From assembly GCF_016432865.1 (NCBI RefSeq), contig NC_067399.1:499162001-499226000 (forward strand): DNA of 64,000 nucleotides. Reading direction: 5' to 3'. This stretch comes from Antechinus flavipes. Lineage: Eukaryota. The number at the start of each line of letters is the position of its first letter. Position 1 is the stretch's first letter. The notes beneath the pieces were generated by a model, which searched no databases, was not told the DNA's origin, and saw only the letters and a program-made list of their open reading frames with translations. Positions 1 to 12,772 of the stretch are shown piece after piece. The position numbers and the translations under genes were made by a program.

Positions 1-175
1 GGGATACAAGGGTTTTCTCCCAAGCCCCCTGCTCGATCCCTGGGGTTCTGGATCTCCCGCAACAACTGCATGATCTGTTGGGCTGTGGGATCATCTGGGC
101 GAGGTTGGCTCAAGGGGGGCTCACTCACAGCAGACACAAGCTCTGTCTCATCTGCTAGGCTTACTTCCCGAAGGC
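1..175 (-). CDS. GOLGA2: GOLGA2 exon 27 (last, partial)
   Basis: Acceptor ctcttccag; [12 protein letters not shown]...[30 protein letters not shown], open to position 1. Confidence 0.95.
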
Positions 176-3100
176 CTGGAAGAGACAGGGTTTTAAGATA
201 TTTTGGCAGCTTATAATTCACGCCCCCATTGCTATTCTTTTCTTAAGCCCTGTAGCTGCTTTCCCATATTCTACTCACCCTCTTTGTCAGGAAGACTGAG
301 ATCCAGGTGGCTTTCAGGGATAGGGTTGGGGCTGCTCTCCCCAGCAGGCCCTGAAGGTGCCTGGGTGACAGCTAGGAACTTGTTGAACCACTCATTTCGC
401 TCACCCACCAGCCGTAACACCAACTCCTGCAGTTCTAGAAGCTTCATCTGGCAACGAGAGGAGAAATTAAGCTACTGGGCTCCTCCTGGCTTGACTCCAC
501 TCCCTAATTTAAGTATGAAGGTGGACAAAGATGCTGAGAAAAAAGAGGGCAGCCTGGGGTCCTCCCTCCCCAGGAAGGCAGAGCCTGCTAACCTTCATCT
601 CTTCTTTGTCCTGGGCCAGTCGGCTGATATATTCCTCTTTCTCCCGATGTCTCTCCTTTAGCACAGCTCTCTGGCTCTGGTATAGTGCAATGTATTCACC
701 TGGAGTGGGGATGGGAGGTTATCAGAATCAGGTGAGACTTCAACACCCCAAGCTCCCTGATAAAGGACCATTTAGCTTGCTTATGTCATCACAACTCTCT
801 GGCTTCCCTCTGTATCTATCTTCCCCATCAGTCATATCTGTCCCCACCATTGATACCTAATTTTATCCTTCCCCTACCCTCTCCCCATCCTTCTTTCACT
901 CTGTTCCTAATGCCTCTCCTCACCAATAGTGTCTGTTTCTCCAGAGAGCTGGATGCACCGATGCTCCAGTTCCTCCACTCGTTCCTGAAGATCCACTTTC
1001 TCCTGCATCAGTTCTGTGAATCGGGCCTAGGGCCCCAAAAAGGGTCAGTTCCACATTGCAAAAACACCAAACTTGGCTTCCTAACTCTCCTCTCTGTACA
1101 CCTTGAGACCTCACCTGCAACTTCTCCATAGCAGCCTGCAGTGCCTGGTGCACTTCCCTGGGCACATTGTCCCCACTCAGTGAGGAAGGGCTAGGCTGTG
1201 GCTGGGGCTGGGCCATCTCCTGTGCCAGATGCCGGCATCGTAGTCGCTGTTCCTTCAGTTGCTGCCACAGCCGATTCCTCTCTTCTTCCATACTTGATAA
1301 AGCTGAGTTCAAGAATGCTACCTGGGGCCAGAGAGGCAGGAGTGGAGAAGCTGGTGAAGAGTACCAGCATCGGCAGTTTTGAACAAGGGCAAAAAGGACT
1401 GTCAGAGTGGAGGAAAAGGCTATGGAGCAGATACCTTTTACAAGGAAAGCAGTCTGATGGGTTTGGGAATCTTAGATTGAAGAGTATAGAAAAACCTATT
1501 ATAGAGCTGGTGAACAGGAAGAAAATCATGCTCACCATGGCCTCCCGACTTTCAAAGTCCTCAGGAATGCTTAATGCTGGTCGAGGAGCATCCTCCATTT
1601 CTTCTTCAACAACTAATTCATCTCCTGTTGGGGACATTCGGAGAGGCAGCCATGGTATAGTAGGAAAAGCATTTAATGCCAAACAGGATTCTAATCCTAG
1701 ACCTAGCTACAAGATGGCTGTTATATCTTTGGACAGATTGTTTCACACTCGGTTCCAAGTTATTTATTTGTATGAGGGAACTATTCAAAGTAATCCCCAA
1801 AGTTTCTTCTAGTTCTATTGGTCAATCTATAGTTCTAGGAAATGTCCCCCTCCTTCTGCCATCTCCTAGAAGGAATGTAAATACCCCTCACCTTCCCTGG
1901 GTCCTGGCGTAAAGTGGAGCTGGGCCTGCAACTGCTGGTTTTCCTGATTAGCAGCCTCCAGGCGCTCCTGTGTGGGGGAAGGGATGATGTTAGCTTTTGA
2001 GTCCCCTACTCCCTGTCCCTTGGGGAGGGAATCAAAACCCTCTTACCTGTGTTTGTAGCAGTTCCTGGCGGGCCAAGTCAGCCGCTACCTTTCCTTGCAC
2101 TTCCTCATGCTGCAGCCGATCCATAAGCTGGGTCTGCAGAAGGAACTGCTTGTGGAGTTCATCCTTCTCAGCAGCCAATTGCTGGTAGGCTGCCACATAT
2201 TGCTGCAGGTGGCCCAGGTACTGATCCCGCTGCTCCTGGAGTCCCTGGGCTTCCTGGTTCTTCAACTCCATCTATGAAAGAGCACCACTGAGGTCCAGCA
2301 CTCATTTAGCAGTGGGGGTAGGAGGCCTTGTCCACAGCTCTGTCCAGCCTGATCTTCACTCTCTCACCTTGTCTTGTATAGAGCCCTCCCACAGGATAGG
2401 CTTTTCTTTCACATTTTTAGAGCATAGAAAGATGCAACAATGGCTGAGCCAGCTTTCTAGAGATTGCCTTCACTACTTATTGCCTCCATGGTTTACCAGC
2501 CCTCCAGGAACTCAAATCTCGCTAATGAAATCTTTACTTTCTAGTCCCTCCCCACAGGGACCCCCTTTTCATCCAAATCATTGTGTCCCTCCCACAAGCT
2601 GGAATCAGATTCATTCAAACATATCTGACCGTCCTTTGTCTGCAACCAATACCTCTGTGTACCTACATAACTGGGAATGGTGCCTGGTTCTTATGTGTTT
2701 GCTTCTCTCTGTCCAGCTAGCCCCATCCTATTGGCCCCATATAATGCTCCACACATGCTTCCCAAAGGATGCTTATCAATTTCAGATGCTCCAAGGCATT
2801 ACCGTCTCCTTAAGCTCCCCCAGCTTTTCCTGTAGCTGCCCCAGCTTCTTGGCAAGTTCCTTCTTGACGTGTTGCTCTGACTGCAGAGCACTTGTTACCT
2901 CCATATTCTCATTGGTCTGGAGAAATTAAAGGGATAAAGAAGCAATTACTAGGAATCAAGTACCAACTCAGTCCATAGAGGAAGGAACCATATACTGTGT
3001 ACATTAGGGTCACTGAGGTTGGCATGAGAGTCTCTTGTCAGATTTGGCAACAGAAGAGTTTTGAAAATAAGTAAGGTTCATGGAAGAAAAGTTCCCACAG

Positions 3101-6100
3101 GATCTGAGAAATAAGGGGAGTTCATGTGTGGATAGGAGAGCAGACTAGGAGCCAGGAGATCTAAGATTTAATTCTGGCACTGTCACTTACTAGCTTTATG
3201 CTCAAGTGACTTTTACCTTCCAACTTTGGCTTTCTAAATAAAATGAAGTTGTTCAATTAGATTCAACTAGCTAAGATCCCTTCCAGAACTAGTATTCTTT
3301 AACTCTAAGATCTTAGTGTAGAAGGAAAAGTAGGCAGGAAAAGAGAGAGCAGATAGATGGCTCACGTACTAGTTTGACAAAGCCGTTCTGTAGCTCTGCC
3401 AGCTGCTCCTTCAGTTCCCGATTCTGGGTGAGGGCCCGACTGATGGTAGTGCGGTCACTCTGCATGCTTTCCAGGATTTGTTCCCGCTCGGCTGCTTGCT
3501 CCCCCCAGCGCTCAGCTGCACGTTCCAGTTCCAGCAACCTCTCTTCCTGCTCTCGGTTTAAACGGCTGAGGCCCTCATTGTCCTGTACCTGGGCCCGGAG
3601 CTGCCCTGCTAGGCCCTCAACCTCCTTCCGGAGTTGCTCTGCCTCTTCTTGCAATCTTAGCTCTGCCTCCGAGGGTCCACTTGGGGGCTCTGGAGCTGGG
3701 GGTACTGCTAGTTAAAGGAAGCATAAGAACTTCTAAAGAACTTCTAATTGCTCCCCATCTTCAGGCACATAAGACTTTCCTTCAGTCCCTTAGCCATCAG
3801 GTCCCATTCCTTACTGTTTGGGCTCTGACTACTATCAGAGAGCCTAGCATCCAAATGTCCCTATCCCTTGGGGACACATCACAAAGGACAAGGGCTTTGA
3901 GCAAAATCTGAGAGAAGCAGTAACTCTTAAAAGTACTTTAAAGAATCTTCTTAAAACTACTCTAAAACTCTAGTTTTTTTTCAAGTAAATTTTTACTTCT
4001 TATTTCATTTTATTTTTATTCTCATAGCCATATGAAGTAGGGTAAATGTTATCACCCCCATTTTATAAACAGAGAAACTGAGGCTTAGAGAGAAAAGGCT
4101 TGTCCAACATTATTCAGTCCATTGGTGAAAGGTCTTCTGATTCTTGGCTGAAGCCAGATAATTTGCCAAGTTAGAATATTTCTACCTAGCCAAGTTATTT
4201 AAGAGATTTTCTTAAAGTTCAAATCACAAACAGCCTGTAATAAGGCATTAATAACAAATACAAGATTTCTATCTTCAATCCTAAAGAGGGTTATGATTCT
4301 GAATAGAAATGTCTATGGGATTCCTGAGTGCAATACTGAGGGAGGGCTGGATGCTAGGCTTGTGGATTCTAGCTAGACCCCAAATTTCTAATCTCTTGAC
4401 ATTGAAGGGCTCCCTGCCTTGCTTTCCCATCCAAAACTCTTAGGGCACTGCTAAGTGCTGGCTACAAAAAGGGATGGGAGAACCCAAGGAGAACACAGCA
4501 TCTGACTACCAGTGTTTTCAATGCTCCCTCCTAATGTTTTATTCACCCATTATTTCATGTGTTCCCGACCCTCACCACCCTCCCTTGCTTTCCTAGCCCC
4601 AGCCTACCAGACTGGCTCTTCAGTTCAGCCAAACTGGTCTCTAGCTCGTGCACCTGGTTCACACTGTATTCCTTCTCTTCCCCCAGAATCCGCACCTGCC
4701 CACAACATAGTAAGAACAGATGATGAAGGGAAGGATAAGGACATGAAGTTTTACTTCTCCCAATCTTCACCTTCCCATCAATCCCAAGCTGTTCCCTTCT
4801 TGCAAAGTCCTCAGATTATTTGGAAGTGCCAACCTGTTCTGAAAGTTGCTGTACCCGCTGTTGCCAGATGGTGCCCTCCTCCTTTAGCTTCTCTGCATAC
4901 TGGTCCCTCTCTGCCTGGAGCTGCTGCAATGATTCCAACAGCTGGAAGAAAGGAAGGAAAATAAGTTGAAGGGGGATGGCCATGGGTAATGCTAATCATC
5001 TAGGAATTAACCTTTTTCATCTCTGTCCTGCTCACCTGGCCCACATGGGTCTCCAGTTGCATTCGCTCCTCTAGGGCCTGTTGCAGCTGTTGGTTACTAT
5101 CAGGAGCACCCGACTGACTGGAGAACTGGATAAAGAGAAATCAGAGAGGGTCAGAGCCAGGGCCACTGTTGAGATGAAAGGTCAGTTAGTGAAACCCCGC
5201 TTTACAACCTCTAAGTCAGATGGAACAGAGATCCAATTTAGAGCTGACAAAACAATGGGGGAATAACCTGCCCAAGCTGCAAAGTTAGTCAATGGCAGAG
5301 TAGGAACCACATCTAGACAGTGGCCCATATGAGAGAGAGGGAGAGAGAGAAAGAGAGAAAGAGAGTGTTTTCAGACTCTGAGCTAGATGAATCAACTATG
5401 TGACAAGGCAAGCACAAAAATGCTCATATGAACTTGGGTTGCATTGACAGAAGCAGCGTCCACAAAGAGGGAGTATAAGACCCATTACACTTGGCCAGCA
5501 TATAGTTTATTACATCCAGTTCTGGGCACCACATTCTAGGAATGGCACTAACTAGACCAGGGATTCTTCTCTTTACATTACAAACTCCTGAAGCAAAAAT
5601 CCCTAGACCTCTTCTCAAAATAAGGTTGTTAAAATGTGTAAAAGGAAATACATAGAATTACAAAAGAAATACAGAAATGTATAATTAAGAACTTCTGAAC
5701 TAGAGAATATCAAAAGGAGGGCCACAAAGGGACTTGAAAACATGTCACAGAAGGATTTGTTTAAAGACCTAGGGATATTTAACCTGGAAAAAAGAAACTG
5801 AGAGGGGACATGATAGCTGTCTTTGGCTTCATTAACTTGGTCTCAGAGGCCAAGATAAGGAGCAGTGAGTCAAAGATAATGGGCAGCAGATTATAGCTCA
5901 ATATAAGCAAAACACTCAACAATAAGAGTAATAAAAATAAATGGAATGGGCTATGTCAGGAACAGGTGAGTTTTTGAGGAATAAGTGGAGGCTTTTTAAA
6001 TGTCATTGAAACTTATTAGTAACACAGCAGAAGAGATTCCTATTCAGGTATGAACTAAATGACCTTTAGCACCTGTGATCTCTAGCTTCTCTCTATTGTC

Positions 6101-9100
6101 TGCTGCTCAAAACCCAGGCCCATCTCAGAATTCTGGAGCTGGACAAATGGCCGAGAGGCTTGGGTTCCGTGAAATGCCTTCCCTTTTGTTACCTGTTGCA
6201 ACATCAGCTCTGTCATCTCCAATTTCTTATGCAGCTCCTCCACCTCCATCTGTGTAGCTGCCTTCTCTGCCACCAGCACCCGGAGCTTCTCTTCTAGCTC
6301 TGAGTATTGCTGCTTCAGCTCCTCACTGCTCTTGCTGGGACAGGCATCGGTGTGGGATAAAGATAGGAGATATTAGAGAGGAGTATCAGGGGGACCAATG
6401 AGAAACACAGCACCTTCCACAACCTCTCCAAAGACTTAAGAGAATCTGAAAGCTTGAAGAGATTATTATCATGTATTCCTTTATTTCACAAATTAGCAAA
6501 TTTAGGCCCAGAGAGAGACAGGAGCTGAAGTAATTTATTAAGTTCATGCTAGAACTAGAGTAGGACTCCTAAGCCTAGAGCAATTTGGAAAACAAGTTTT
6601 TTGATTCTAACAAGGTTTCAGTCAGTCTTCCCCATAAGAACTCACCCTAATCCATAACCCCTACCCACTTCTGGACTGAGATCCCCTAATCTTTTTGATC
6701 TGCTACCCACTAACCTGTGCTTATATAATTCCAGTTTGAGAGCATCCCGTTCTTTAGTTAACTCCTTGTTATACTGCAAGAAGAGTAAAAATAGTCACAC
6801 AACAGCAAAGAGCAATACACTCAGGAAATGCTATTTATTCATGCTGATAATAAAACTTTATATTAAAAAGTACTTAATATTTCCCAGAACATTTTCATAC
6901 CTACGATCTCACTGGAACCTTTTAATAACCCAGTAATGCAAATGGGGTCAGATATTATACCCATTTTATAGTCTCCGAAATTAAGTGGCTTTCCCATGGT
7001 CCTAAAGATAGGCAGTGCTCTAGCTGAGAATTGCATCTCAGTTGATTGATACCTAAACCTAGTGCTTTTTCCAAAATAACACAACACATATTGCCTACTC
7101 ATCCAAGGACCTATTTCTAATAAGTTACACAGCATGAACATGAGACTCACACCACTATGAAGGAGTAAGAATAGGAGTTACTGTGAGGTGAGCTCACCCT
7201 ATCAGTTTGCTTCTGTTGTGTGGACACTGAAGAAAGTGTCCGCTCCAACTCCCCAACACGTTGCCGAGAGGACTGCAGGCGACTGGCCAACTCTTCTGAC
7301 TCCCCTAAAATGAAATGGGGTAGGAATAAGAGCAAGGTTCCTATTCCAAGAATGTAAGATAAGAAAAATACATGAGCAAGGGTACAGGATGGGACTACAG
7401 AATGGAGAAGGATGGCAGAATCAAGGAATTGCATTATCAAGATAAGGGCCCTTTAGGATAGCATTTAGTGGGGACAATAACTCTCTTCTACCTGATTTCT
7501 GGCGAGCAGCCTGCTGTGTGTGGGCTAGAGCTGTTTGTAGATCTGTCTTCTCTGACACAAGAATCCCAATGGTCTGGATATGAACCTTTAAAAAGAACAG
7601 AAGAATAAGAGGAGAATTTCTATGGGATAGCAGGAAATTTACTTTATTACATTCACTTACCTGTAGCTGTTCCCTTAGGGCTCCCTGTTCCTTGGCAAAT
7701 TTCTGCTCAAATTCTTTCTTCTCCTGTGAAAGAAAGGAGATGTTAACAGTAATATAAATGTGTTATCAAAGGAAATCCCCATCATAGGGGGCAGATGGCA
7801 AGTCTGCCAAGCTGCAACAAGTTCTAATCTAAGGCACCTGTACAAAGTGCTGTCATTTTACCTTCTCCAATTGATCCAGGGCCTCCTGGTTCTGCTGTTT
7901 CTGTGGGAAGAGCAAAAACAAGGTGTTGTTCTCCTAAGAAGTGTCTAGTGTATCCATACTCTCCCAGCCACTGGACAGAGGGAGAGAGAGAGAGAAAAAA
8001 GGCTGATGGGGGAAAAAAAGTTTCCCAGGGCCTAGAGAGACCTATACTGGACTCTTCATTTTTTCTTAAAAATTCTCTGGGGTTTTCCAAGGGATTACTG
8101 AATATACCTAGGAGGCCAGCCTGTATACAGCAGATTGTCCATTATAGAGGACAACCATAGCCACCTCAGAAAAGCAAGCCCAGATATACAAGCCTTAGAA
8201 GAGGAACTGAAAGAAAATTATAGAATCATAAAACTAGAATTGAAAGGGACTTTAGATAATCGAGTCTAGACCCCTCCTATTTTTTAAAATTATTTTTTAA
8301 TTAACTGTCAAAAAACACATATTTCAAATACGTAACAAAAGTGTACTCCTCACTTTATAGAGATGAAAACGTAAACACAGAGGGGTGCATGAAACCATGC
8401 AGAGACCAATTTTCAATCAAGTGCTCTTTCCACTATATCCTAAATGCCTTTCAGAAAAAGTGGGGGAAAGGCAGGTGGTAGGAGGGTCTAAGGAGTAACT
8501 TGGGGAGAAATGTTAAGAGAGTAGCAGACAGAAACAGCCATGCTACATGCTTAATGCCTCAGAAATCATCTTTTTGGAACTTTAATTGCTGCCACCCCCA
8601 AATTCAAAATCCTTTCCTAGTTCCAGTAATGGCTGAGATCTCGTTCTAAGGCCCCTAAAGAAGACTGGAGACTTAGATCAAGATGAGACAAGTTATGACC
8701 AAGTTACCATGCTGGGATCTTACCAATTCCTCTATCTTGCTACCGAGCTGTTTGTTTGTTAGATTGCTGGAATCCAGGGCTACTGCTAGCTCTTGATACC
8801 GACTCTGAGGCGCATGCAGAGAAGAGGAAGAAACAAAGGAAGGATTGGGATAGAAGTGAAGAGAATAATTATTAGAATGGGGAATGGTTAAGACAGTTTT
8901 ATAGGATACAACATATTCTACTTATTCACTATGGCTAAGATTGAGAATCTGATCTTTAGCCTAGCCCACCAAAAGCCCTGAGCTACTTACCTCCAGGTCC
9001 TTCATGCTGGTAGAAGACACTGGGCCCTCCCCATTGATATAGGATGTGGACTGGAAGAAAGAATTTCAGTTGGGATTTTCTTGACCTCATTTCCTATATC

Positions 9101-9190
9101 CTCCAATTTCATTTTTTTCTTTTCAGACACAGACACACACAGACAGTCAGACAGACAGATAGACACACACAGACACACAGACACACACAG

Positions 9191-9221
<31 letters not shown>

Positions 9222-12200
9222 CATTAATTAGCTTGATCCCTTTTCTCTTTAATCCATCAGCCTCTTTCTTCTGGCCCACATATTCTTTACCCAACTAATC
9301 CTACTAATCCATTTTCCCTACACTAATCCATTCAGGATTCCAATGTTAAAACTGAAAGAGAACTAACTTGGAGATCCTCTAATTCAGAGGTTCTTAGCCT
9401 GGAGTCCATAAACTTATTTATAAAAAAATTCTGATAGCTGTATTTCAATATAATTAGTTTCATTTGTAATCCTATGATTTTATTTTGTACACCTAAAAAT
9501 ATTATTGAGAAGGGATCCAGTTTTTACCAGACTGCCAAAGGGGTCCATGACACAAAAAAAGGTTGAGTCCCTGCTCTAGTCCAACTTCTTCATTACACAA
9601 AGGGAAAATGAGATCCAGGAAGATGACATTAATTAACCAAGGTCACACAACTATTACTAATAGCTAGCATTTACACAGTATTTTTTTTTTTAAAAGGTTT
9701 GCAAGTACTTTACATATGTTTACAGAATTTATTTGAGGCTCCCAATAACCCTGGAAGGCAGAGGCTATTATTGTCTCTATTTTATAGAGGAGGAAATTGA
9801 CACTGAGAAAAATTAAATGACTTGATCAGCGTCACACAGTTGGTACATTTGATCCTGGACTTGAATTTATGTCTTTCTCATTCCAAGTCCAAATATTTTA
9901 TGCATTGGGCAGCCTAGCTTCCAATAAGAAACAGAATAAAAATGGAACTCAGTTTCCCTGACTCCCTACACAATATTCTACATCATAAATATTAATCACT
10001 TTTACTGTATTCTCTTTAGTCCTGCCCTAAACTTCCCAGATCAGACTATCCTTCCCTTTGTGTCCCCATATGCCACCCTACCTCAATCCCCATGCTACCT
10101 GGGAAACGAGACCATTGAGTTGTTCTGAGATCTGCCGTAGAGTTTCAGTAGAAGACAGAGATCTGGAAGACATGCAAAAATGAGGTTCAATACAATTGGG
10201 TAGAAAAAGGACACAGAGACTAAGATGACTTAGACCCCTAGGCCTCTTGGGAAGACATGTGCCCTTGATACACTCACTTGCTTTCATCCATAGAACTTGG
10301 ACCGTTTTCAATATCACAATTCTGTTGGGAAGGAAATAAAAAAGGTGAGGTCACAAATTTGGTATAATTACCACTCAGAGACAAAATGGGCCCTGCTAAT
10401 TCTAACATCCCCTCCTTCCTATTCCAGGGCAGCCAAATGTGATAGAAAGCCACAGACTTGGTCTCACCCCAGTCGTAGGTTCACTTAAGCCAAAGGAGTA
10501 GATCCCTTAACTCTGGGAACCAAGCTACCCAGGAAAAGGGAAGAAGGGAGAATCCCAAAGGAATATATGTATCAGACAGTTATAATCCTGTCAGGGACAA
10601 AGTTGCAATGATGAACAACTGGGATGGTAAGAACACAAACCTGAGGCGAGGCCATGCTAGTGGGGCAGGGGGGACTGGTACGGGGGGAATGGGCACTGCC
10701 AAAGGGCACGGTGACATCTGCAGGCAGCAGGGCAGGAGCAGCACTGTCTCTGGATGCCTGTTACAGAACAAAGCAAGGGGGTTACAGGGACATGCAGGGA
10801 AGGAGGTCACTGGCAGATCTCTGGATAAAGATGGAATGTGTGGTGAGGGAGGTGGTGAAGGGGAAAAAATGAAGAGATGTTTTTCTGCTAGGGAAATAAC
10901 CCTCACAGTCAAAGTAATAGCTGCATTCCAGAATTTGGACTGAGTGTCCATTCTATCTTCAGGTCCCTCCACAGGGATGTGTGAGAAAAGGTCAGAGTTC
11001 TGAGCAGGGATGGTACAATCACTTTTACACAGGAAAGATGGTAGTAAAAGACTCCAACTTCTGTAACCGGTACATTGTTAGAGAGAGAGGACAGAACGTA
11101 GCCAAAGGAAAGAGATTACTGTCTAAGAGATTACTGTCTAAGAAATCTAGTTTACTTTCAGAAATGACCCTGGCTCCCTCTGGATCCCTCTCTCTGCTGC
11201 CTATCTAGTAGTGAATTTAGGGACACTCAAACAGATGCAATCATGCTTGGCAGACCTACTTCCTATATACCCTCAGCCCCATTTCTGGGATCAATGGATC
11301 CAGTTCTCCTCAAAGATAAATTATCTAACTAGAGTACTGAGAACAAACTGCAACTATATCTCCATCATCACCCAAACCTCTCCTCTCCAGGAAGATCCCT
11401 TTGGTCAAACAGCCATTCCAGGAGCAAGACAGCAATGGCTATCAAAGACCATTTTCTAGACTTCTAGCATCTTAGAGATTTCAATCCTTCCCTCTTTGAG
11501 GCAGTAAATCCAGAACACTATTATAGTTGGAGATCTGGTATTCTGTAAAATAAGGTATAATCCACTTGCCTTCCCTTACTGGCTCTGCCTAATAACCCTT
11601 ACTCCAAGCCTCAACTTATGAAAGAGATTCAACTCCAGATAAAGCCCAAATTACTCATAATTTATATTAGGAATCCAAGGGACACCCATCTTCTTGGAAG
11701 CTCACTGGGAGAAGAGAACAAGATTTTCTTTATCCTAACTAAGCAAGTCCAGTTTTGGATAGAAGTGGGAGATACGGAAAATGCATCTGTCTGAGGAAAC
11801 TTCAGCATGATGAGGAAAGGAAAGGCATTTTTCTGTGGGAAAAATGGAAGTGCTCCTTTAAATATGCTATGATCATTGCCCATTGGGCCCAGTTTTGCCC
11901 TGCCATTTTCTAAGATTTTGGTCATTGATTAACAAAGATGTAATGCTATTCATTTTATAAGTAAGGAAAATGAGTTCCAGAAATGCTACAGTTAAGGACC
12001 TAAGCCAAAGTACAGGGGCAAGTAGTAATTGGCAACACTGGGATTCAAACCCAGCACCTCACTCTAAATCCTGTGCTTTTTTCACTGTACCAATAAGTTG
12101 CCCTATTATCTGTAAAGGATGGTTTAAAATACCTATTTTTCCATTTGTTCTCTTCCCCACCCAAAATGTTTTCCCCTACCAATGCTTTAATTTCCAGAAA

Positions 12201-12713
12201 TTTTACAATTTTATCTAGGACCACCCCGATTTGCTACTTTTGGAAATAAAGGGCAAAGGAAATGAAAAGGAAACTGCTAAGAGGAAGAGAGAGTCAAAAG
12301 GAAATCCAAATTGGGTGTTCTGGTATGTCCAAGTGATTTCATAAAGCCTTTCAATCTCAAGGTACTTTTGATTATACCTCTATTAAACATATATTCTATT
12401 TTGTGTTGCAGTCACTTGTGTATAAGGTTAATCTCCCCTCCAAGTCTATCAGTTCCATGAGGGGAGAGTCATGTTTTATTTGGTTTTTATCTAGTTCATT
12501 GCTTCATACCATATCTTAAGAAAGGTATTTAATACATTTTAAACGAATTCCCAAAAGGAAGGAGAGAGAGATGGCCAAGAAAGGAAACCAAGTATCCAGT
12601 CATAGAACAAACCTTAGTAATGAAATAGTCCAGCCACCTTCATGATCCATATTAAGACAGAGAGTAAGGTGCCTTGCTTGAGGTCTCACAACTCCTTAAT
12701 GGCAGAATTGAGT

Positions 12714-12772
<59 letters not shown>

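Noticed and set aside
203-4964. Long plus-strand ORFs in the track (203-661, 1198-1812, 2312-2929, 3374-3715, 4512-4964)
   Set aside because: They are antisense shadows of GOLGA2 exons and GC-rich introns, with no recognisable protein.
9002-9298. Cys/Val-rich or His/Thr-rich ORFs
   Set aside because: These are translations of the CA microsatellite.
11111-11143. Short tandem duplications (15-mer here; also an 11-mer at 3725-3746 and a 21-mer at 46717-46758)
   Set aside because: Ordinary two-copy slippage events in introns; not arrays and not CRISPR-like.
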